From Takakia lepidozioides (Eukaryota; Plantae; Bryophyta): a stretch of DNA of 64,000 nucleotides. A program made the position numbers and the translations under genes. A model generated the notes under the pieces. It did no database searches, was not told where the DNA came from, and worked only from the letters and a program-made list of their open reading frames with translations. This document shows positions 1 to 10,189 of the stretch, piece after piece. Positions within the stretch are counted from its first letter, which is position 1, and every line of letters starts with the position of its first letter. The stretch is taken from NCBI GenBank assembly GCA_030704615.1, contig CM060731.1:744001-808000 (forward strand), read 5' to 3'.

Positions 1-249
1 CAAACATCTATGTTGCAGCTGGCAGGTGGGATGATACTGCAAAGGTGAGAAGAATGATGAAGGAGGCGGGGTATGTGCCTGACACGCGCTTTGTATTGCA
101 TGATGTGGGGGAGTAGGAAAGGAATTTTCTCTTTGCCACCACATCCCTTTGTGTTCCGCTCAAACTGGGCACAGGGTCAATGGCCACAAGGCTACGGCAA
201 ACAACGTCTTATGAGTACATTCTTTGCCACCACAGTGAGAAGCTGGCCA
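1..249 (+). pseudogene. 3' remnant of a PLS-PPR E/DYW gene (E2 end fused to the DYW N-part)
   Basis: Reads NIYVAAGRWDDTAKVRRMMKEAGYVPDTRFVLHDVGE*, then after a frameshift and an insertion LCHHSEKLA (222-249). The PG box/E+ region is deleted, and similarity stops after HSEKLA. Confidence 0.85.
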
Positions 250-1427
250 AGCCATGGTAGTAAGTGGTATGAGTCGCTGGCACCTTCATTGCGACTCTCT
301 GGTGCCTGGTTCCCCCATGTGCAGCTCATGCAACATTGTAGGTCATTATTCTTCGACCAAGGTGACCAGTAGCCCTGGTATGGGCTACTGTGGCTTTGTA
401 AGATTGGTTTTAATGCTGTATAATGGAACTGGTCCCTCGCAAGAATGTTCAGTGTATCTATCTGTTCAGGCATTGTTAACTCAATGTGAAATTCACCATT
501 CTCAGTAGTGCTGATGAAGTTTTCTCTTGTTCAACATTTTCCAGCTTGGCTTACCAGCCCCCCCTCTCTCTGGGCCAAGGCTAGTGGCAACTTTGTAACT
601 AGTGCATCTCCAGCCATCCCAGGGCTACCCTCTTTAACTGATTATTTTCAAACAGAAGACTGGGAAGAACAATGATAGGAGCCAAGGAACCTAAGTGTGG
701 TCCTCCCCATCCAAGACTTCCCTCTGTTTTGGTCATTTATGTAGAGCAACAGCTCTTATCTTCATGAAATATTGTCAATATGTACCCCCTCGGTCCGGAT
801 CTTTGATCCATACCACAACAAACAAATGTAGCCTTTTGCAGTTTCATATCCAAGACAAAAATATCTTCCCCTAGGCTATGATACCCACCTAAGGCCTTAA
901 AGTTCTCCCAAGGTTATTTCCCTTGATTTAATACGATTTACCGTATATATAAATAAAAGACAAGGTTGACCTTGTCGGTGTGGTATGATTTTCTCCCCCA
1001 CCTCTGGTCCCATGTGTTGAGCAGTAGGCTCTGTAATTCATTGGACATCAAAGAAAATTTACCTTTATCTTTATCAAATAGGTTATTTTCTCCTCACTGT
1101 ACTAAAGGAGCCTGATTCGTGAGAAGTAGATTCTCTTTTTGAAAGTGTTAGGTGTCTACCTATCGTAATTGGTCTTAACGGCAACCTTTATGCGCTTCCA
1201 ATTGATATCAGACTTGTCAAACTCTGGGGATGCCGAAAAGGAGGGACCAGCAAGATTTCGGCCCTCTTTCCTTTGAAAAATAAAAATAATATGATAGATC
1301 CGGCAACACTCCGCCCTTCTTCTTCCGGAAAACAATGAAATATGGGTTGTATATATGTAACACCATAGGGATGACCCACCCCTTTTTGTGAAAAATTGAA
1401 CGTAGTTCTCAGAATTCGTCGTTAGTA

Positions 1428-1482
1428 GTGCGGAGCAACGCGAAGCCCTAGTTCTAGCGACGACCGAAGGTCGGAAGCTAGT
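1428..1482 (+). mobile_element. Possible Helitron-type 3' termini (hairpin plus CTAG|T)
   Basis: CGACC-GAA-GGTCG hairpin (1461-1473) followed by CTAG|T (1478-1482). A second CTAG|T at 1448-1452 follows GCGGAGCAACGCG. Short motifs only. Confidence 0.3.
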
Positions 1483-2569
1483 TTAGCGTAGAGCAGGTAT
1501 AGGGTGCCATAGTGCCACGTCATCATAGACACATCATCGTCTCCACGTCATCGTAGCCATGTCATCATTGTCGTCAATTTCTTTGGAATTTGCCCGGACG
1601 GCCCGCGCGAAATAGGCTAATAGAAATCGCCGCGCCAACGTCTTTGGAACTGCCCGCAATGCCCGGATCTTGATCTTCTTGAACTGCGGGAGCTCTGCGT
1701 TTTCCGCCATCATTCACCTTGCAAGCCCAGGCATGGATAGCTTGAAGGAGCAGGGATCGAGAGTGTGTCCAGCTTCATCCAAAAGGGCCGGATTTCAAGC
1801 ACCAGATTACCTATGATTCGAAAAGACAACAAATGGGGAGGAGTTTCTTGCAGACGGAATCAGAAGCTTTCACTCGTGATTGGGTGGGAAAGAAAAAAAG
1901 TGCAGCTTAGATTACACCGTACTTCCTTGTTTCAGACCCGCACAATGAGTCTCCATGATTGATTTTCCATGAGCACGAAGGGTATGTCAGGTTGTGTCTG
2001 GTTGCAAAAGTCCCACATCTGCTTGAAGCTAAACCCAAGTTTCAAACCTAATCTTACATTGACTAGATTGTAATTGTTGTTTGTCCGCCATAATCTCCCT
2101 ATAACTAGTGTTCACTGGAAACAATAAATGCAAACTGTGAAACTGACATTCAAAGCTGAAGGTTGCTCTTTTTCCATGTTTCAGCCTTCTTGGCCATTTT
2201 TTTTGTGACCATTGTTTTGTTAAACGTGGTGATAATGAAAGAGAGGAGTGCCCATAGACCTGAGCATGAGCCCTTTAAGCAACTTGAAGAAGGAATAGCA
2301 CTTTCTGTCCCAGCAAATTGAGCTCTCTTTCTGTTTTTGCCTATAGATCCATCCTCATCAAAGGCATTCAATTGAACAATTTGCCTGATTCTGGTGATGT
2401 CAGGTTGCAGGTTGTTGGATCCCGGCGAAATTCCATATCCAGGAGCAATGGTGCCATTGGGACTGGGCAGATGGGTAGCACACCCAACGTGAGCAAGAGT
2501 GAAATCCAATTTTGGATGCTGCTTGAATGCAGTTATGGGACTGAGGTGAGTGGGCGGGCTGGTGATCAG

Positions 2570-2668
2570 AAGCACAAATTGTCGGACATGCTTGGACCTC
2601 CCTGGAGCAAAGAGGACCTGGAGCTCTTCTATCAAGCATTTCGGAAATATGGCAGAGACTGGAAAAAT
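2570..2668 (+). pseudogene. ALY: Orphan exon of an ALWAYS EARLY/LIN9-family gene (N-terminal SANT/Myb-like segment)
   Basis: 99-nt AG/GT-bounded exon [33 protein letters not shown] matches the remembered ALY motif [32 protein letters not shown]. No other ALY exons found in the window. Confidence 0.8.
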
Positions 2669-2699
2669 GTATCTTATGACCACAATTGACTTGTTGAGA

Positions 2700-5600
2700 T
2701 TGTGTGCATTTGCGATGCGTGTGCAAGCCTGGCAGCTCTGGAAAAGGGCGAAAGAGGTCCATGGCGACATTGTCAGAGCTGCAATTGTACCAAGTGTCAT
2801 TCTGAACAATACCCTCGTGGACATGTATGAAGGGAGTGTTTGACAGTATGGCTGAATGAGATGTGGTGTCGTGGAGTGCGATGACAATGCGTGTGCAAGC
2901 CTGGCAGCCCTAGAAAGGTGCAAAGAGGTCCATGGTGACATCGTCAAATCTGGAATTGTACCCGATGTCATTCTGAATACTGCCCTGCTGGACATGTATG
3001 TCAAATGTGAGTGCATCGAGGATGCAAAGGGAGTGTTCAACAGTATGGCTGAATGAGATGTGGTGTCGTGGAGTGCGATGATTGCAGGATTTGCACACCA
3101 AGGATGCGGGATGGAGGTTTTGGAGACCTATGAGCAATTGATGTGCGAAGGGGTGAAGCCCAACCGCAACACATTTGTTTGTGTTTGCAATGCGTGTGCA
3201 AGCCTAGGAGCTTTGGAAAAGGGGGAAGAGGTCCATGGTGACATTGTCAAAAATGGATTTGTACCAGATGTCATCCTGAACACTGCCCTGGTGGACATGT
3301 ATGCCAATTGTGGGTGCATGAAGGATACGAAGGGAGTTTTCAAATGGCTGAACAAGATGTGGTGTCGTGGAACGCGATGCACCTTGCAGGGTATGCACAG
3401 CAGGGGCGTGGGATAGAGGCTTTGGAGACCTATGAGCAAATGATGGGGGAAGGGGTGAAGCCCGACCACATCACGTTTGTGCACTGGACATATGTCAAAT
3501 GTGAGTGCATCGAGGATGCAAAGGGAGTGTTTGACAATATGGCTGAATGAGATGTGGTGTCGTGGAGTGCGATGATTGCAGGATATGCACAGCAAGGATG
3601 TGGGATGGAGGCTTTGGAGACCTATAAGCAAATGTTGCGCGAAGGGGTGAAGCCCAACCGCATCACATTTGTTTGTGTTTGCAATGCGTATGAAAGCCTG
3701 GTAGCCCTAGAAAAGCAAGGACAATGTGGTGAGGGCACCTTCTTCGTCGACCTATTTCAGCCTGTTTTGCGCTCTCATCAGACTCAGCCCTGAGATGCAT
3801 ATTGAATTCTGTAAGTTAGCTCGTTGGGTGGATCTGTGGTGGTTTGGAATGACTTTGACAAGTAACTGCCGATGTGGCAGCAGGAAAGTATCCAAAAACA
3901 GATAACAGAGATGAGGATCTACCAAACATGGGTGTGGTACGAATTCTTTGGAGACCTATGAGCAAATGATGCATGAAGGGGTGAAGCCCCACCACATCAC
4001 GTTCATTTGTGTTTGCAATGCGTGTGCAAACCTGGGAGCCCTGGAAAAGGGCAAAGAGGTCCATGATGACATCGTCAAAGCTGGAACTGTACCAGATGTC
4101 ATTCTGAACATTGCCCTGGTGGACATGTATGCCAAATGTGGGTGTATTAAAGATGCAAAGGGAGTTTTCATTTGGACATGAAATGATTGACACTGGCCTT
4201 TTTATGCAGTTGGCTGTTTCACTTGGTAACAATAATACTCTTCACTAGGAAAAGGTAGCAAAAGCACTACACCCATTTTTCTCGAAGGAGAAGACAACAA
4301 CGTCCTACTGCGGCAGGTCCGTGCTCCAGTTTTAATTCAGATCCTCTGTGTTGGGAGCATTGAGGATGCGCAGGGAGTGTTCAACAGTATGGCTGACCGA
4401 GATTTGGTGTCATGGAATGCCATGCTTGCAGGGTATCGAGGATGCAAAGGCAGTGTTCAACAATATGGCTGAATAAAATATGGTGTTGTGGGTGCATTTT
4501 CAGACCTGCAATTGTACAAATTGTCATTCAGGACAATACCCTTGTGGACATGTATGAAGGGAGTGTTCGACAGTATGGCTGAACCAGATGTGCTGTCGTT
4601 GAGTGCGATGATTGCAGGATATACACAACAAGGGTTCGGGATGGAGGCCTTGGAGATTTAGGAGCAAATGTTGCGCGAAGGGGCGAAGCCCAACCACATC
4701 GCATTTGTTTGTGTTTGCAATGCATGTGCAAGCCTGGGAGCTCTAGAAAAGGGGAAAGAGGTCCGTGGTGACATTGTCAAAGCTGGAATTGTACCAGATG
4801 TCATTTTGAACACTGCCCTGGCGAACAAGTATGCCAAATGTGGGTGCATTGTCAAACTTGCAATTGTACAAAATGTCATTCAGAAGTACAATACCCTTGT
4901 GGACATGTATGAAGGGAGTGTTTGACAGTATGGCTGAACGAGATGTGGTGTCGTGGAGTGCGATGATTGCAAGATATGCACAGCAAGGGTGCGGGATGGA
5001 GGCTTTAGAGATCTAGGAGCAAATGTTGCGTGAAGGGGTGAAGCCCAACCACACGATGCACGTCAAGTGTTTGAAAATATGGTTCAGCAAGCATGGAATG
5101 CCATAATTGCAGGATATGCTCAGCATGGGTGTAGTACAGAGGCCTTCCAACTATTTGAACAGATGCAACAGGAAGACTTGAAGCCAGATGGTATCACGGC
5201 CTCACTCCTACAGTGGAGCATTTTTGCTGCATTGTGGACCTTCTTGGCCGTGTAGGCCGATGAGATGAGGCAGAGGACTTCATCAACAAGATGCCAATTG
5301 AACCAGATGCTCTGGTTTGGGGGACCTTGCTTGCTGCTGCCAGAATTCATGGGGATGTGGAGGTAGCAGAACATGCAGCAAAATCTCTTCTCAAGTGCGA
5401 TCCCAACCACCATGCAGCTTATGTGCTGCTATCCAACATCTACGCTGCATCTGGCAGGTGACAATATGACACAACATGATGTGGTTTCATGGAGGACCAT
5501 GATTGCAGCATATGCTCCGATTGAGTATGGCAGGGAGGCTGTTGAGATGTATGAACAAATGCAAAATAAAGGGCTAACGCTACATAAGAAGACTACGCTT

Positions 5601-5960
5601 GTGGACACGCATGCAAAATGTGGGAGCATAAAGGATGCGCGTCAAGCTTTTGACAATTGGCTAAACGAGAGATAGTATCATGGAACACCATGATCGCAGG
5701 GTGTGCTCAACATGGATGTGGCAAAGAGGCTTTCGAGATATACGAGAGATTGCAGCAAGACAGGTTGGAGGCTTTGTGGACCTATGAACAAATGATGGGG
5801 GAAGTGGTGAAGCCCGACCACATCACGTTTGCGTGCGTATGCAAGCCTGGCAGCCCTAGAAAAGGGCATGGTTGCATCGCCAAAGCTGGAATTGTACTAG
5901 ATGTAGTTCTGAACAATCCCCTCGTGGACATGTATGCTAGATGTGGAATGCGATGATCGC
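2700..5960 (+). pseudogene. Degenerate tandem PLS-class PPR array, including P2-L2-S2-E1-E2 remnants at ~5060-5460
   Basis: Repeated DVVSWSAMIAGYAQQG / TFVCVCNACASLGALEKGKEVHGDIVK / VILNTALVDMYAKCG motifs with many stops, frameshifts and deletions. E-domain remnant PIEPDALVWG...AAYVLLSNIYAASGR*. Confidence 0.9.
3717..3920 (+). repeat. OSB-gene-derived segment (intron plus linker exon start) inside the PPR array; inverted copy of ~55330-55530
   Basis: GGACAATGTGGTG...GACCTATTTCAGCCTG...TCATCAGACTCAGCC...GAAAGTATCCAAAAACAG matches the minus strand of 55330-55530, and more distantly 54805-54990. It stops just before the EKLW PDF core. Confidence 0.75.
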
Positions 5961-6257
5961 AGGATATGCCTAGCATGTTGTCATAGGGAGGTCCTACAAC
6001 TATTTGAAGGAATGTAAAAGAATGGCTTGAAGCTGGACAACCTTTATATGTGTTCTCTCTGCATGCAGCCACACTGGCCTACTGAATGAAAGAAGACGGT
6101 ACTTTGATTCCCTAAGTCAAGATCATGGTATCACTCCGACAGTAAAGCACTTTGGCTGTAGATAAGGAGGCCTTACGCAGCTTCATTAGTAGTGCAATGT
6201 TGTTTGGTGAGTACATTCTTAGACTGTCACTTCCTTCAATTGATTCCTTAATTTCAG

Positions 6258-6400
6258 GTGGCTGGAGGGGGTTTATGAGTTTGGATCAGGGGTTAAATGT
6301 ACTGAAAGACGGTGTTGATATCAAGGACGAGAGCTTCATGGCAAATTGCAAGGCTATGGAGCAGCTCCTGGTTGACCTTAGTAGGCAGCAAGTTGAGAAG
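6258..6400 (+). pseudogene. MCCB: Orphan exon resembling the N-terminus of methylcrotonoyl-CoA carboxylase beta subunit
   Basis: TTTCAG|...GAGAAG|GT exon encoding VLKDGVDIKDESFMANCKAMEQLLVDL...VEK, similar to the remembered plant MCCB segment ILPDGVDRNSEAFSSNSIAMEGILSEL...KKV. Confidence 0.6.
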
Positions 6401-7624
6401 GTCTCTCCTCTGTTGTGAGAGAGAGGACATGCCTCCATCTTCAAAGCCTTGCAAGTGGCTTTGGCTAATGTGATGCTCATATGCTCACAAATCTGGTGAG
6501 ATGTGGCTGTTTGTTTTCGTGAAGAGGGCGTATCAACTAGAACAGAATGAGAAAGAGAAAAGAACTTTATAACATCCACGATCTACATTACGTGTAAGAA
6601 TGCTACCGTCTACAACATGTGGGAGAACAAAACGGACGTCTTCCTGATGGGTAGATGAATCAATATCACAACACATCCCCGAAGCCTCAACGGCATAACC
6701 CCGGTGGACCCAGAAACGCACAAACGGTTGAAGATAACGGACATCAATAAGGCGCTTGCAAACAGTGGAATCCATATAAGTGCAAGTAGCACTTGGCACG
6801 GCGGTCTCAAACAGGAACTACTATCCATAATGGCTGCACATGACACAGTAAATATACGTGAGATTGCTGACTTCAAAACCACGGTGACACTGGGCCTGGA
6901 ATCTCAAACTACGAAATACATGGAATCGCTGAAATCCACTGTCTCCGATGAACTCGCTCAGAACATGGCCTCTTACCAAGTCTAGTTTAATACACTCATG
7001 ATCAAGTTGTCTGCCTTTGCTCTTACCAAGCTACAAGTGACTGGAAATCCCAACACTCAGTTGGCATTGGAGCACACAGAATCGCAAACCCTCTTTCAGT
7101 ATAAGGCAGCCCCAACTGGCAAATTTACCCGACAGACCCGCATCTAGGCGGCAATCCTTTGCCCAATGACTAGCGCGATTACAACAGGACACCCACAATA
7201 TCTAGGACCAGATTTTGATCAGTCAAGGTAGTATAATTCAGGCTCGTCTGTGTCGTCGTTGTTCTCAGAATTCATTTAAGTGCAAAACTAATCCTTACAT
7301 TCCGCACTCACAAGCATAGGGAGATCTTCTTGTAGTGATAAGAGTTGAGAAATGAGAGAAGTGGAAGACAATGAAAGCTCTCAAAGCATGAAGCAATCAC
7401 ACTAAGAACAAGCCTAGTCCTTCCAAGTGAAATCCACTCTATCACATAAACTAAGTCAAGCCAAGGGCACCTTTGCTAAAGGAATCCACCCTTCAAAGCT
7501 CTCAACACATTCCCTCTCAATACCTAGAGCTATGGAGGTGATAGAGGCTCATAGAGGCTCAACTACAAGAAGATGAACCCTCCTCAACCCTCACAAGGAG
7601 AAAACCCCTCCCCATGTCCCAAGT

Positions 7625-7868
7625 CGGGAAGGGAAGCTGTATGCCAAAGCTTCAAAGTGCGAATTCGAGGTTACAAAAGTGGAATTCCTGGGGCATGTGA
7701 TTACACAGGATGGAATCAAAATGGATGACAGAAAGGTGAGGGCAATCTTGGACTGGGAGCCTCCAACTTCGGTCCCGGGAGTGCAATCATTCCTAGGACT
7801 CGCCTCCTATTACCGGAAGTATGTGAGAAATTTCGTCAAGATCGCGGGGCCGTTGTTGGACCTTCTGG
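7625..7868 (+). mobile_element. Ty3/Gypsy reverse transcriptase C-terminal/connection fragment
   Basis: REGKLYAKASKCEF..VEFLGHVITQDGIKMD..KV.AI.DW..P...GVQSFLGLASYYRKYV.NF.KIAGPL.DLL. Confidence 0.9.
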
Positions 7869-7869
7869 T

Positions 7870-8112
7870 TAATTATATGCGTTTTCGTATATAATGGAGT
7901 ATTTATAAAGTCATGTAAAGCTAACATAGTATCATTTGGATGAATACTTCATGATAAATATGAAAAATTGTGTTGAAGCCGAGTTTCAATGGCAATCTAA
8001 CTGTGGCTTCATCATGGGGCATACGAGGCAGTATTAATTGTGTTTTGTTTACAGTACATTACGCATTTATAATACTGCCACGAATCCCATATTGGTCATA
8101 GCCTTGCAATTG
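7870..8112 (-). mobile_element. Helitron/Helentron RepHel-associated (DUF6570-like) fragment
   Basis: With one frameshift and stops: GYDQYGIRGSIINA*..V..TQLILPRMPHDEATV...LK/RLQHNFSYLS*SIHPNDTMLALHDFINTPLY. AT-rich. Confidence 0.6.
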
Positions 8113-8124
8113 AACGGTTCCTAC

Positions 8125-9085
8125 GTGCTTTTGTTAATGTCGTTCCAATGTAGGAAATACTTAAGACGTCCATACTCAATGCGAGAGTCGAAGACTTCGT
8201 CGACTTCATACTCGATTTTATGATTGACTTTAATTGGTGGAGGTGGTACAGAAACTCTCACAGAGATACTTGAGTGATGAATCTACAACTCTACTAATGA
8301 GACATGGAAGACTGGGTGGATGCGCATATTTCGTGGGAGTTTGAGCTGAAAACTGACCAGATTAATTTAACATATAATTTTGAATGGTCCCAGGCGTTGA
8401 TAATCCAACTTCCTTGATGGTTGCGAGGTTTGTATGTTCTGTCGAAGGAGCCATACACGATCTCTGACCTTAAACTTAGGTTGAAGTTGTCGATGTTGAT
8501 ATGCATACTCATTGTATTATTTTTGAGCTTCTGCGAGTTGGAATGTAAGCTCCTTGTGAATCGTAGCAAGGTGAGTAGCAATGTTTTTTGCCGCAGGGCT
8601 TTCGACAGTCTTCATGTGGAGAGAGTCGGCTTGAGGGTGATGACCATAATTGGAGAAAAATGGAGTTTGCTTCGTCGATGAATGTGTAGTGTTGTTGTAG
8701 GCAAACTCCGCCAATGGCAAAATGTTCGTCCAATTAGCCTGTTGATAATTTATCATACAGCAAAGATATTGTTCCAAAATCTGATTTACGCGTTCGGTTT
8801 GACCACCAGTCTACAAGTGATTGGTTGTCAAGTGATTGATCTTGGTGTTCAATATGTGAAATAATCCTCTCCAAAAATTTGATATGAATTGTGGTCATCG
8901 ATCAGATACGATGTCATCCAGGAATCCATGAATGCGGTAAATGTTGTTGAGAAAGAGTTTTGTCGTCTCTTCACAGCCTGTAACCGTCTTGTTACATGGA
9001 ATGAAATGTGTCATTTTCGTGAAACGATCTACGATAACAAGGATTGTATCATGGTATTAGTCATGGTTAACTCTAGAATTACGTA
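8125..9085 (-). mobile_element. Degenerate chromovirus (Gypsy) integrase plus chromodomain
   Basis: ILVIVDRFTKMTHFIPC; DIVSDR*PQF; GQTERVNQILEQYL..INYQQANW..LPLAEFAYNN; [10 protein letters not shown]; chromodomain EYEVDEVFDSR...KYFLHW. AT-rich. Confidence 0.85.
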
Positions 9086-9261
9086 CTTTTAGTTAACTAG
9101 GACATTTTGGATATTTATATTTGTATTTTGTGTGTTGGGACTTCATTTGGTCTCAAAAATATATACTGTACTGAGGGGGCCACCGATGGCCCTACCATCC
9201 GACACTGTTTACTAAATATATATAAATATATGTATGTATGTGCAGGGAGTGTGGTAAGTAT

Positions 9262-10103
9262 TTGAGGTGCTCCAAGTGCTCCAGGTGCTCTTCTTTTGTT
9301 TTCGAGTACACCACTATGTCGTCGATGTATACAATCACAAAGTTATCCAACCACTCTTGGAAAAGGTTGTTCATCAGCGTGCTAAAGGTCGTGGGCGCGT
9401 TGGTGAGCCCAAAAGGCATTACCAAGAACTCATATGAACCATACCTTGTCATGCACGCGGTCTTCTCCTCATCTCCTTCCGCCACTTGAATTTGATGATA
9501 GCCGGAGCGCAAATCGATCCGGCTGAAATATTTCGCTCCTGCCAACCGATCGAAAAGGTCGTCGATCCTTGGCAAATGGTACCGGTTTTTGATAGTCACC
9601 TTATTCAGAGCCCGACTAACTCTTTGTGGCTCAACTGATAGGGCGCCTTGGCAGGCGGCTCCGATCCCGGTATCACCTCAATCTTGTGGTCAACTCCTCT
9701 TCGCGGTGGCAGGCCGCTTGGTAAATCCTCCGGCATCACATCCTGGTATTTCTCCAAAATCCCCTTGATCCAATCTGGGCTCGGCTCCCTATCGCCTTCT
9801 CCCTTCACTTATCTTACGTAAAGCAAAAATTGGGGCTCGTGTGGCTCCTCCACGGCCTGCTCCTTTGCTGTCAGCAGGTTTATTCGCCCTCCCACTTGGT
9901 TGGGCGTTTCCGACACTTGTAAAACTTTGCCACCATTCCCACACGGCAGCGTGACTACTCTCTTGCGGCCATCTATGATCGCTCCTGATTTGCTCAAAAA
10001 GGTCATCCCCAAAATGAGATCCACTCCATCGATCTCGCAAATGGTGAAGTTTTCAAGTCCTTCCCAACTCCCCAGCTGAAGATGAACATCGAACGCCAAC
10101 CTC
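9262..10103 (-). mobile_element. Gypsy pol fragment: protease C-half and RT N-half
   Basis: ENFTICEIDGVDLILGMTFL; [16 protein letters not shown]; [16 protein letters not shown]; [10 protein letters not shown]; [10 protein letters not shown]; [10 protein letters not shown]. Internal deletion before GLNKVT. Confidence 0.95.
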
Positions 10104-10189
10104 ATATTGACATTTGGGATTGGCCCAAGTGTCAATCCAGGGGTCAAGGCAGATTTAGGCCCTGGAGTGGTTATCTTCACGGCAAGCGC

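Noticed and set aside
2150-3040. 296-aa minus-strand ORF as a gene
   Set aside because: Largely the antisense of PPR repeats and the ALY exon; no independent domain recognised.
2850-3560. In-frame TGA codons as selenocysteine, readthrough or U-to-C editing targets
   Set aside because: Nuclear locus with many accompanying frameshifts; C-to-T decay is sufficient.
7326-7337. CTTCTTGTAGTG as a CACTA terminus (also CACTAGGAAAA at 4243 and CACTACAACAA at 52533)
   Set aside because: No subterminal repeats, matching partner or TSD.
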